DNA of 64,000 nucleotides, taken from an uncultured Bdellovibrio sp. (GTDB lineage Bacteria; Bdellovibrionota; Bdellovibrionia; Bdellovibrionales; Bdellovibrionaceae). The stretch's first letter is position 1, and every line of letters starts with the position of its first letter. This document shows positions 37,401 through 47,085 of the stretch, in pieces. The stretch spans positions 1-64,000 of the forward strand of contig CAWVRN010000022.1 of the NCBI GenBank assembly GCA_963932905.1, given 5' to 3'. The notes beneath the pieces are model-generated. The model had not been told where the DNA came from. It saw only the letters and a list, made by a program, of their open reading frames with translations, and did not search any database. The position numbers and the translations under genes were made by a program.

Positions 37401-38393
37401 ATGGAAGTAGATATCTTAGCGTTGAATGCGGCGATCAAACAGGAAAGTCAGTTCATCGAAAAAATGAAAGTAGAAATCAACAAAGTCATCGTTGGACAAA
37501 GTGAGATGGTCGACGGGATTTTGATGGGCCTATTAACGGGGGGTCACATTCTTCTGGAAGGTGTTCCTGGTTTAGCGAAAACGTTAACGATTTCTTCCGT
37601 GGCGCAATCGATCTCGTTAGATTTCAAACGTATTCAATTCACTCCGGATTTATTACCTACGGATTTAATCGGTACGATGATCTTTAATCCTCAATCGGGT
37701 GAATTTGCTCCGAAAAAAGGTCCCGTATTCACGAACATTTGTTTAGCGGATGAAATCAATCGTGCGCCTGCCAAAGTACAATCGGCATTGCTTGAAGCCA
37801 TGGCTGAAAAACAAGTCACCATTGGCGAGCAGTCCTACAAACTAGAAGCGCCGTTCTTGGTATTGGCAACACAAAACCCATTGGAACAAGAAGGTACGTA
37901 TCCGCTGCCGGAAGCCCAAATGGATCGTTTCATGTTTAAGATCAATGTGAAATACCCAACCAAAGGTGACGAATTAGAAATTCTGAATCGCATGGGCAAA
38001 AATGATAAACCAAAAATCAATTCTGTTATCACAAAAGAAGATTTACTGCGCGCCAGTGAAAAGGCCGATCAAATATACGTAGATCAAAAAATTAAAAACT
38101 ACATTGTTGATATTGTCATGGCTTCGCGCGAACCGTCTCGATATGGACTAAGCAAGATTGCGAATTTAATTAACGTTGGAGCGTCGCCACGTGCGACGAT
38201 CAGTTTGCTTCGCGCGGCTAAAGCGCACGCGTTTTTAAAAGCACGCGGGTATGTGACGGCCGAAGATATCAAAGCGATCGCGTATCACGTTCTACGTCAT
38301 CGTTTGATTCTGACTTATGAGGCCGAAGCGGAAAATATCAGAACGGATGATATCATCAAAGACATCTTAGCCCAAATTGAAGTTCCAGCATGA
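37401..38393 (+). CDS. moxR: MoxR family AAA+ ATPase
   Basis: GVPGLAKT, RIQFTPDLLP, DEINRA, EGTYPLPEAQ.DRF. Confidence 0.97.
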   Translation: MEVDILALNAAIKQESQFIEKMKVEINKVIVGQSEMVDGILMGLLTGGHILLEGVPGLAKTLTISSVAQSISLDFKRIQFTPDLLPTDLIGTMIFNPQSGEFAPKKGPVFTNICLADEINRAPAKVQSALLEAMAEKQVTIGEQSYKLEAPFLVLATQNPLEQEGTYPLPEAQMDRFMFKINVKYPTKGDELEILNRMGKNDKPKINSVITKEDLLRASEKADQIYVDQKIKNYIVDIVMASREPSRYGLSKIANLINVGASPRATISLLRAAKAHAFLKARGYVTAEDIKAIAYHVLRHRLILTYEAEAENIRTDDIIKDILAQIEVPA

Positions 38394-39256
38394 TTCCAAA
38401 AGAGATACTCAAGAAAGTTAAACTGATTGAAATCCAGACTAAAAAAATGGTGAACAACATTTTTTCAGGCGAGTATCATACGCACTTTAAAGGCCAGGGC
38501 ATGACATTTTCTGATTTCAGAGAATACGTGCCCGGCGATGACGTGCGATCCATCTCTTGGCCATTAACTGCTCGTACGGGAAAAACGTTCGTGAAGACTT
38601 ACGAAGAAGAACGGGAATTGTCTGTAATTTTGGCGGTGGACATCAGTGCCTCAACCGATTTTGGTTCTGGCAAATACGTCAAGGGCGAAGTGATCGTGTA
38701 CTTGTCGGCACTATTGGCGTACGCAACGGAAAAGAACAAAGATAAAGTCGGATTGATTTTATTTTCTGATCGAGTCGAACATTTTGTGCCACCGAAAAAA
38801 GGCCGCGGTCATATGCAACGCTTGCTACGTGATTTATTATATTATAAACCGGTGGGCAGAAAAACAAATTTGTCTTCGACCGCAGCGTTCTTGCAGGGGT
38901 ATTTAAAGAAACGCGCGACTGTGTTTTTTATGAGCGATTTTTTCGATCAAAACTATGAACAGAGTTTAAGATTGCTAGCTAAAAAACATGAAGTCATCGC
39001 CTGCGTCGTGAATGATCCCGTGGAAGAAAATTTTCCGGATTTGGGTTTGATTGAATTTGAAGATGCAGAGACGGGTGAACGTATGTTGCTGGACACAACG
39101 TCCGTGTTCACGAAAGAAAAAGTAAAACGTAATTTTTATTTTCAAAATGAAGCGCGCGATAAAATGTTAAAAAAATCGCAGGTCGACAAAATAGTGATTT
39201 CGACTCAAGGGGATTTTGTTCAGCCCTTGATAGCGTATTTTAAAAGAAAGAAATAA
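38390..39256 (+). CDS. DUF58 protein
   Basis: G.GM.F...REY.PGDD.R.I.W..TAR. Confidence 0.95.
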   Translation: MIPKEILKKVKLIEIQTKKMVNNIFSGEYHTHFKGQGMTFSDFREYVPGDDVRSISWPLTARTGKTFVKTYEEERELSVILAVDISASTDFGSGKYVKGEVIVYLSALLAYATEKNKDKVGLILFSDRVEHFVPPKKGRGHMQRLLRDLLYYKPVGRKTNLSSTAAFLQGYLKKRATVFFMSDFFDQNYEQSLRLLAKKHEVIACVVNDPVEENFPDLGLIEFEDAETGERMLLDTTSVFTKEKVKRNFYFQNEARDKMLKKSQVDKIVISTQGDFVQPLIAYFKRKK

Positions 39257-40233
39257 TGGATTTAAACTGTACGTACGAATTTCTTAACAATCAGCCAAAG
39301 CTAACTGTGGGACAGTTATTCCAAGCCCATTGTCAATTGCCGGCGGGCGTGACGGTTGACTTGGCGAAATTGAAACTCAAACCGATGCCCGCGCCTGCGG
39401 ACGCGGCTAAAGGTGCCGAGGCAACTAAAAACTATGATATCGTTTTTGTTAAGGCCGCCCAAGGTGGAGAACAACTAGGTTTGATGCTGACGTCGTACAC
39501 CGTGGGGGCCAAAGATATTCCATCCGTTACATTCACGGATGACACCCAAGATTACGTTCTTGTATCGCCGATTAAATTTGAAGTGACGTCGATTCTAAAA
39601 CCCGATGAAAAACAGGAAATGTTTGGGCCAATTTCAGGACTAGGTGTTGTGATTCCGCTGTTCTATTGGCTATTGCTGGCTGCGATTGTGCTTGCCATGA
39701 TTACTTCGGCTCTGGTGTCCTTACGTTCGCGAATGAAACGTCGTAAATTGTTGGCGCGTTTAGAATCATTGGAAGACGGCACCCAACCACTCCCACAATT
39801 TTTCACAACCTATCGAAAACTTCAGCGCGAAAATGCTGTGTTCAGCGCGCGCAGTAATATCGACGTTGAAGCAGCAACTGACGTGATACAAAATCCGGAC
39901 GAATTATTAAAACTAGTTAAGACCGTTGAATCCTCGATGAGGACATACTTAGCACGTGCATTTAAAATCACTATGTTCGAGCAGTCGTGGAAGAAAATCA
40001 CTGCGGAATTGGAAAAAAATCATGACATTCTATATTCCGCACTGGGTGCTGAATTGGTCGAACTATCCAGTGAATTTCAAAAAGTTGGAATTGGCAAAAA
40101 TAAGCTAGAGCCTAAAGATGCTTTGTTGATCTCGGAAAAATCCCGCAAATGGGTAGAACGGGCGGATCAGTTGCAAGCTGCGATCAAAGCCAAAGACAGT
40201 CAGTTGATTAAACGTTTACGAGGAGCCAAGTAA
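39256..40233 (+). CDS. Membrane-anchored Bat-operon hypothetical protein
   Basis: Single TM; position between DUF58 and batA. Confidence 0.7.
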   Translation: MDLNCTYEFLNNQPKLTVGQLFQAHCQLPAGVTVDLAKLKLKPMPAPADAAKGAEATKNYDIVFVKAAQGGEQLGLMLTSYTVGAKDIPSVTFTDDTQDYVLVSPIKFEVTSILKPDEKQEMFGPISGLGVVIPLFYWLLLAAIVLAMITSALVSLRSRMKRRKLLARLESLEDGTQPLPQFFTTYRKLQRENAVFSARSNIDVEAATDVIQNPDELLKLVKTVESSMRTYLARAFKITMFEQSWKKITAELEKNHDILYSALGAELVELSSEFQKVGIGKNKLEPKDALLISEKSRKWVERADQLQAAIKAKDSQLIKRLRGAK

Positions 40234-41243
40234 TGCAGTGGAAAGACCCCGCTTACCTATGGCTGTTAATCCCGTTAATCGCTGCGATGGTGTGGACGTT
40301 TTTAAAACAGAAAGAAAAAAATAGTTCGTTTAAATTTTCGACGGTGACGATCTTAAGAACCGGTATGAAAAGTATGAAAGTATTATTCAGCAGCCTGCCG
40401 TTCTTTTTAAAAATCGCAAGTTTAGTGTTTGTTATTATCGCGCTATGTCGTCCACAAACGGCCGATACGAAAATCAAAACAAATGTTGAAGGTATCGACA
40501 TCGTTATCGCATTCGATATTTCAGACAGTATGTTGATCGAAGATATGAAACCTTTGAATCGTCTAGAGGCGGCCAAAGAACGTATTCAAGAATTTGTTAA
40601 AAACAGAACAACAGATAAAATCGGTATCGTTATCTTTGCCGGTGAAGCGTTCACGTTGGTTCCGCCAACGTTAGATTACGAATTAATCCTATCACGCATC
40701 GGCGAAATCACAACAGCGCAAGACGCCCGCATCAAAGAAGGTACGGCTTTGGGTGTTGGTCTTGCCAATGCCGTGAGTCGCTTGAAAGACTCACAAGCGA
40801 AAACGCGAGTCGTAATTTTCATGACCGACGGGGAAAACAACAGTGGTACGATCGATCCAGAAACGGGGCTTGAATTAGCGAAGGGATATGGAATTAAAAT
40901 CTATTCGATCGGTTTGGGCAAAGACGGACCGACTCGTATTCCTATCTACGTAAAAGATTTCATGGGTAACAAAGTTAAAACGTATCAGCCGTTTGAATCG
41001 ACCGTGAATGAAGAATTACTTTCTAAAATGGCTTCGGAAACGGGCGGTAAATATTTCCGTGCCTCTAAAGAAGACTCCCTTAAAGGCGTATTCGATGAAA
41101 TCAATAAATTAGAAAAAACTAAAACAGATGTGAATAAATACACCAAATACACCGAGCAATTTCCGACCTACCTGTTAATCGCCGTCGTATTGTATTTGTT
41201 AGCATGGTTGTTGCAGTCAACGTGGTTAAGGAGGGTTCCGTAA
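40233..41243 (+). CDS. batA: BatA VWA-domain protein
   Basis: ALCRPQ, MIDAS DISDS, TDGENN. Confidence 0.9.
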   Translation: MQWKDPAYLWLLIPLIAAMVWTFLKQKEKNSSFKFSTVTILRTGMKSMKVLFSSLPFFLKIASLVFVIIALCRPQTADTKIKTNVEGIDIVIAFDISDSMLIEDMKPLNRLEAAKERIQEFVKNRTTDKIGIVIFAGEAFTLVPPTLDYELILSRIGEITTAQDARIKEGTALGVGLANAVSRLKDSQAKTRVVIFMTDGENNSGTIDPETGLELAKGYGIKIYSIGLGKDGPTRIPIYVKDFMGNKVKTYQPFESTVNEELLSKMASETGGKYFRASKEDSLKGVFDEINKLEKTKTDVNKYTKYTEQFPTYLLIAVVLYLLAWLLQSTWLRRVP

Positions 41244-42307
41244 TGTTTCGGTTTGAATCCCCAGGCGCGTTTTACTTAGTTGTCGTTGCGATCGTGTTTT
41301 ACATTATCGCGGTTATTATGCATAAAACGACGCAAAGAAAATTAAAACAAGTTTTCAATGCTGTGATGGTCAGTCAGATCCTGGCTACATTTGACTATCG
41401 CAAACGTAAATGGAAATGGTTCCTGCAATTTACGGCTTTAGTATTTATGGCTATCGCGTTAGCTCGCCCTCAATTGGGACAGAACCAAGCCGTTGTTAGA
41501 TCCGAAGGTTTTGAAATTATCCTAGCTGTCGACGTGTCGGACAGTATGATGGCTGAAGATTTACGTCCGTCGCGTTTAGATCAAGCAAAATTAGAATTAG
41601 CCAAATTAGTTGATCTAATGCCGGGAAACAAAGTCGGCGTGATTGCATTTGCGGGATCATCGGCTTTGATGTCGCCGTTAACCAATGATATGGGTGCAAT
41701 CAAAATGTACTTGGATTCGTTAACAACGACATTGATTTCAAATCAAGGAACTAACATAGAATCAGCGATTCGTCACGCGATGGACGTGTTTGATCGCGGT
41801 GGTGTCACTGCCGATAGCAGCACCAAAGTGACTCGTGTTATCTTGATTGCCTCCGACGGGGAAGATCACGAAGACGGCGCGATCAAAGCTGTCGAAGATG
41901 CTGTTCAGAAAAACATTCGTGTGTTTTCTATTGCCTATGGTACGGAAAAAGGCGGAACCATTCCTAAACGTGATCAGTTCGGCTATTTAAAAGGTTACCG
42001 AACGGATCGCCAAGGCCAAACAATTTTGACTCAAGTTAAAGGCGATTTCTTGAAATCCATAGCACAAAAGGGCAAAGGATCGTTTTATTTTTCAGTGTTT
42101 GGCGGCAATCACATTCAAAGTCTAGTGGATGATTTCCGTGATTTTGAAAAATCACAGTTTGAATCCACTGTGGTAACAGACTATGAAGAGCGTTTCCAAA
42201 TATTCTTGTTGATTGCATTTATCTTTGGACTAATCGAATTGATTTTGGGTGAGCGTAAAATTCAGGCGCCAAAATGGAAGGGACGTTATGTTGATTCAAC
42301 GAAATAA
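41243..42307 (+). CDS. batB: BatB VWA-domain protein
   Basis: ALARPQ, DVSDSM, SDGED; start ATG 41243. Confidence 0.88.
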   Translation: MFRFESPGAFYLVVVAIVFYIIAVIMHKTTQRKLKQVFNAVMVSQILATFDYRKRKWKWFLQFTALVFMAIALARPQLGQNQAVVRSEGFEIILAVDVSDSMMAEDLRPSRLDQAKLELAKLVDLMPGNKVGVIAFAGSSALMSPLTNDMGAIKMYLDSLTTTLISNQGTNIESAIRHAMDVFDRGGVTADSSTKVTRVILIASDGEDHEDGAIKAVEDAVQKNIRVFSIAYGTEKGGTIPKRDQFGYLKGYRTDRQGQTILTQVKGDFLKSIAQKGKGSFYFSVFGGNHIQSLVDDFRDFEKSQFESTVVTDYEERFQIFLLIAFIFGLIELILGERKIQAPKWKGRYVDSTK

Positions 42308-43088
42308 CGGACTGATTCTATCGATCGTGACGGCAGTGCTGATGGCTGGCTGTCAATTCACAGACCTACGTGCGATTTATTATAACAATCAAACATCGAA
42401 AAAAATTAAAGAAAAATCCATGGATGAAAATCAAGCCGGCTATTTAAAGGCGCTTGAGATCGAGCCATTGCTGCCCGCTGTCCATTCAAACTTGGGCTCT
42501 ACGTACGATGTGTTAAAGGATCCCGAGCGCGCAATGAAATTGTATAAAAACGCAGAAGATTTTTCCAAAACCGAAATCGAAAATTTGGAAAAACAGCCAA
42601 TCCATGCGCAATGGGAACGATCAGCCTTATACACGACCTTGTTTGCTTCGTTATTTAATCAAGGTCAGTTGCTAGCGCGTGAAAATAAAATTGATGAGGC
42701 TTTGAAGAAATACCAAGATGCATTGGCATTAAACCCAACCTCAATCGAAGTTAAAACTAATATCGAATTACTTATGCAGCAAAAACAAGGCGGCGGTCAG
42801 GGTGAAGGCGATAACAAAGACAACAAAGACGAAAATAAAGATAAAGACGGCAAAGGTAAAGGCAAGGGCGATTCCAAAGACGACGATAAAGATCAAGATA
42901 AACAAGGCGACAAACCCAAAGACTATACTGGCAGCCCAAAATATAAACCCCGCGATTTTAAAGGCGAATTAACCAAAGAAAATGTATCTAAAATCTTTGG
43001 CGAAATTTCGCAGCAAGAGAAGAAAATGAGAGCCCAGTTTTCAAAACAGAATCAGACCAAGGAATCACCACGTGACAAAGATTGGTAA
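42288..43088 (+). CDS. batC: BatC-like TPR lipoprotein
   Basis: Lipobox MAGC, TPR repeats, low-complexity linker, C-terminal KDW. Confidence 0.8.
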   Translation: MLIQRNNGLILSIVTAVLMAGCQFTDLRAIYYNNQTSKKIKEKSMDENQAGYLKALEIEPLLPAVHSNLGSTYDVLKDPERAMKLYKNAEDFSKTEIENLEKQPIHAQWERSALYTTLFASLFNQGQLLARENKIDEALKKYQDALALNPTSIEVKTNIELLMQQKQGGGQGEGDNKDNKDENKDKDGKGKGKGDSKDDDKDQDKQGDKPKDYTGSPKYKPRDFKGELTKENVSKIFGEISQQEKKMRAQFSKQNQTKESPRDKDW

Positions 43089-45021
43089 TTTAATAGTCTT
43101 ATTATTTATTTTTGCGGCCTCGGTAGTGAACGCGCAGATCGTCGTTCAAGCCGAATTATTATCCGACAAGATCGGTGTGGGGCAATTTGTAAACTTGGAA
43201 CTGCGGATCAGTTCACAAGGTGAAGTTCAAATCGAAGAACCGGTGCCGCCACAATTTGACGGCCTAGCTGTACGTAGCACCAATCAAAGCACGCAGATCT
43301 CTACGCGCATGCAGTCGGGCGCCAACGGAATGGAATACAACACGCAGAAAACAACGACATTTACATACCGCCTGCAAGCAACCGCGGCAGGTCGAAAAAC
43401 AATCAAACCATTTGTCGTCAATGTAAATGGCAAAGAATATAGAACAGAAAGTATACCGATAAACATTGCGGCAAAACCGGTACAACAACCTCATTCCGAT
43501 CCGACGGAAAGTATGTTCGGTGGTGGCGAGGATGACCCATTTGCACAAATGGATAAATTAGAAGAAGAAATGTTCAAACAGCTGATGCATGGGCGAAATC
43601 TTCCACCGCAGCAAGGAGGCCCGCAAGGTGATCCTCAGGAAGATCAAAATCCGGCGCTATTGAAAGAACCGGCCTACCGATCGACACCGACAAATAATAA
43701 CGAAGCGTTCTTTATCCAAGTCGAAGTCGATAAAACTGAAGTTTATGAAGGTGAGCAAATCGTTGTTAGTTGGTACCTGGTGACTCGCGGCCAACTAGAA
43801 AGCTTAGACCGCACAAAATTCCCAGATCTGAAAGGATTCTGGAAAGAAATTATCGAAGAAGTCCCGGCGATTCAGTTCTACCAAGAAGTCATCAACGGCG
43901 TTCCATTTAAGAAGGCCTTGTTAGCACGACACGCCTTGTTCCCGTTAAAAGCGGGGGACACGGTGATCGATGAATTTAAAATAAAATCTAAAGTGCGTTT
44001 GCCGAATCAGAACTTTGGATTTAATTTGGGTAAAGTGTATGAATACACGAAATCGTCACAGCGTGTGAAAATTAAAGTTAAACCCCTGCCGACGGAAGGT
44101 CGTCCTGCATCGTTCAGCGGAGCGGTTGGTAAATTTAAAATCAGTTCACAAATTGAAGGCAGTCAGCCAATTGCAAATCAGCCCATGAAATTCAAACTGA
44201 AATTCGAAGGCTTTGGGAATGCCAAAGGCATTGAATTACCTGCGATTCAGTGGCCCGAAGGCATCGAAGTTTTTGAAGTTCGTAACGAAGCCAAGTTTTT
44301 CAAAAACGGACAAAGCTATAAAGAATTTGAAATTATATTGATCCCACGCAAAGACGGCAAGATGGTTTTGCCGGCGATCGAAATGGGCTATTTCAATCCT
44401 GAAACAGGTAAATACGATGTGGCTCATTCGGCGGAAATTCCTATCGAAGTTTTACCGGGAGATAAAGCCAGCGTAACGGATTCGTATAAAACAAAATCGG
44501 GTGCAGCAGCGCCAGCCGTTAGCCCTTTGACTCTGCCGTCTGTTATTACAGATGTCGATTCCTACAATCGATCACCTATGCAAAATCGAATGCTATTGTG
44601 GTTTGTCGTATTTGGTTTGATCCTGATTGCCATGGTAGCGTACGCATCGCTGGCCTTCGGATGGCGCCAAATGAGTCGTGACTTGAAAAAAGAATTAGCG
44701 AAAAAAATTGCTAAGGTAGAGAAGAAAATGGGCGCCAAGATGGACAAAGATACATTCATCGAAATTACGAACATTTTCTATTTTGTTTTGGGTGAACTAG
44801 CGGGCGAAGGCGGCGGGTCGCTGGAAATTCGTAAACTACTGGATAAAATGCCAACGAATATTCGCCGTGATTACGAAAAAGACATTCTGGTTTTGTTCGA
44901 ATTCTTCCAGACCTTGTCGTTTGCTCCGGATGAATTAATTGAAAAACTAAAGAACCCGACTGATATAAAAAATAATTTCGAGAAGATGAAGATCGTTCTC
45001 AATAAATGTTTGGAAAAATAA
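43072..45021 (+). CDS. batD: BatD family protein
   Basis: Signal peptide, YEGEQ, V.PLP..G.P..FSGAVG, C-terminal TM. Confidence 0.88.
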   Translation: MTKIGNLIVLLFIFAASVVNAQIVVQAELLSDKIGVGQFVNLELRISSQGEVQIEEPVPPQFDGLAVRSTNQSTQISTRMQSGANGMEYNTQKTTTFTYRLQATAAGRKTIKPFVVNVNGKEYRTESIPINIAAKPVQQPHSDPTESMFGGGEDDPFAQMDKLEEEMFKQLMHGRNLPPQQGGPQGDPQEDQNPALLKEPAYRSTPTNNNEAFFIQVEVDKTEVYEGEQIVVSWYLVTRGQLESLDRTKFPDLKGFWKEIIEEVPAIQFYQEVINGVPFKKALLARHALFPLKAGDTVIDEFKIKSKVRLPNQNFGFNLGKVYEYTKSSQRVKIKVKPLPTEGRPASFSGAVGKFKISSQIEGSQPIANQPMKFKLKFEGFGNAKGIELPAIQWPEGIEVFEVRNEAKFFKNGQSYKEFEIILIPRKDGKMVLPAIEMGYFNPETGKYDVAHSAEIPIEVLPGDKASVTDSYKTKSGAAAPAVSPLTLPSVITDVDSYNRSPMQNRMLLWFVVFGLILIAMVAYASLAFGWRQMSRDLKKELAKKIAKVEKKMGAKMDKDTFIEITNIFYFVLGELAGEGGGSLEIRKLLDKMPTNIRRDYEKDILVLFEFFQTLSFAPDELIEKLKNPTDIKNNFEKMKIVLNKCLEK

Positions 45022-46992
45022 ATGAAATTACTAGCCGTCGTTCTAATGGCTATCTCTGCTCAGGCTGAGGTAGTCGAACTTTCATTTCCAAAGGATTTGA
45101 AAAAATATAAATTTGAAAATGTGTATGAGAATCCTAAATTGAAAGGTCAGCTATCAACCTGGCGTCGTTTAGAAATCGACAAGAAATACAAGGACTGTGT
45201 GACCAAGGGGCCGACGTTATTTTCTAAAAATAAAACCATCGACGGCTGGATTATCAGTGTCTGGTCAAACTGTGTATTTAAAAGCATAGATGAAAAATTT
45301 GATCCCAAAGTCGTTCAAACATTTCTAGATAATATTAAACAGCATCACGCTCGGATTTTGAATGGTCCTTGGCGCGGTGCCATCATTTCACAGACTCAGA
45401 AAATTGTCAGCCTGGCTGCCGCCGCCATTGAGAAAGATCCCAAGAAATCAGCTAAACTGAAATCTAAATTGCTTAGCTTTCTAGAAATCGATGAAGTTTA
45501 TCATAGCATGGATATCAAACGCTGGTATCAAGCTCAGCTGGATCTAAAGCAACCCACAATGACGATGGCGTCACGAAGCAGAATAATATTCGATTCTGCG
45601 CCAGCTGAGGATACCAGCGGTTTCAAAAAGGTAATAGGATTGGAAGAGGCAGCCGCGGTCGTTGATCTTGGAAAAACAATTGTTCAGATAGAACCTGTTT
45701 TTGATTCCATGAAATCCATTTATCGCAAAATGGATTACAAAAAAATTACGGAACTTGGACCGCGCTTAGAAAGCTATTTTAAACACTCGGAACTGTATCG
45801 CGATTATGCGATGATGCTGGGTCGATCGTTCGAATTCACAGGGGAATACGGCAAGTCTTTAGATTATTTTAAAATCATATTGAATTTTTACGCAGAAAGT
45901 GTGGACTACGAAGAGGCCTTATTCCGCGCCGGACTGGTGTGCTTGCGTAAAGGTGACCATACGGATGCCCAAAAGTATTTTCAGCGTCTGGTGCAGCTGG
46001 ATCGCGATAAATATGACATCACTGGCCGCTACTGGTGGCTACGTACATTGCAATATAACAAAGATCCTCGTGAAATTGACGAGAAAACAAAATTCGCAAA
46101 TGATTTTCCATTTTCCTATTATGGTTTGCGTATCAAAGCCGAGCTCAATGGTGGCAAGTTAAAATCCTCAAAGGGCGGCGATATGTCGCCGATCTCGTGG
46201 ACCCTAACGGGAAAGTCTGCCGAAATTTGGAACCGATTTATTAAACTCAGTGAACTGGGTTGGGTACTGGAAGCGCAAACAGAAATGCAGAACTTTTCTT
46301 GGCCAACAAATCCACTGAAAGTATTTTATCTTTCGATGGTTTTATCGCGTGCCGATCTGCATCCCTTAACGGTCAAGAGCGTGACGCCATTGTTAGAATC
46401 GTATAACGAAGTCCGATCCATCGATGCGATCAAAGAAATCTATCCGAAAACCTATTTAAATTTGATCATAAAAGAAAAAGAAAAATGCCCGTTACATGAA
46501 AATATTATTTTAAGTCTGATCCGTCAGGAAAGTTCGTTTGGGTTAAAAGCATTGTCGACTTCGCAGGCAGCAGGACTGATGCAAATGATTCAACCAACGG
46601 CAATGGAAGTCGCCGATCGATTAAAAATGAAAATCGATTTCCCTGAAGATCTGTATCGCCCGGAAATTAATATCCCTATGGGGGTGTTTTACATTCACCA
46701 AGTGGTGAAAGACATGAACTACAACATCCCATTGGCCCTGGCGGGTTACAACGCGGGACCGCATAAAATCAAAACTTTTATCAATCAGCGAGACATAACA
46801 AAGAAAATCTTTGAAACCATACAGGACAACGATTATCCAGGGATGGAAGATTTGTGGATTGACGAACTGCCTTGGGCTGAAACCACGGGCTATGTTAAAT
46901 CTATACTGCGTAATGCACTGATTTATGAACTGATCGCCAAAGGGGAGTTCCAATATAGACCCGACTTCTGGCGAGATTTTATCTTAAAATAA
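45022..46992 (+). CDS. slt: Soluble lytic transglycosylase with TPR region
   Basis: IRQESSF, A.GLMQ, YNAGP, ET..YV. Confidence 0.9.
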   Translation: MKLLAVVLMAISAQAEVVELSFPKDLKKYKFENVYENPKLKGQLSTWRRLEIDKKYKDCVTKGPTLFSKNKTIDGWIISVWSNCVFKSIDEKFDPKVVQTFLDNIKQHHARILNGPWRGAIISQTQKIVSLAAAAIEKDPKKSAKLKSKLLSFLEIDEVYHSMDIKRWYQAQLDLKQPTMTMASRSRIIFDSAPAEDTSGFKKVIGLEEAAAVVDLGKTIVQIEPVFDSMKSIYRKMDYKKITELGPRLESYFKHSELYRDYAMMLGRSFEFTGEYGKSLDYFKIILNFYAESVDYEEALFRAGLVCLRKGDHTDAQKYFQRLVQLDRDKYDITGRYWWLRTLQYNKDPREIDEKTKFANDFPFSYYGLRIKAELNGGKLKSSKGGDMSPISWTLTGKSAEIWNRFIKLSELGWVLEAQTEMQNFSWPTNPLKVFYLSMVLSRADLHPLTVKSVTPLLESYNEVRSIDAIKEIYPKTYLNLIIKEKEKCPLHENIILSLIRQESSFGLKALSTSQAAGLMQMIQPTAMEVADRLKMKIDFPEDLYRPEINIPMGVFYIHQVVKDMNYNIPLALAGYNAGPHKIKTFINQRDITKKIFETIQDNDYPGMEDLWIDELPWAETTGYVKSILRNALIYELIAKGEFQYRPDFWRDFILK

Positions 46993-47085
46993 TCGTGGTA
47001 ATAAATCTGACTAAATAAAGTAATTCACGCGTTGAAATGAGCCTGATTTTTGTTAATCTAAATTTCAACAAAGGATACATATTAT

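Noticed and set aside
42790..42920. Repetitive GAC/AAA-rich stretch
   Set aside because: Low-complexity Asp/Lys linker within BatC, not a DNA repeat array
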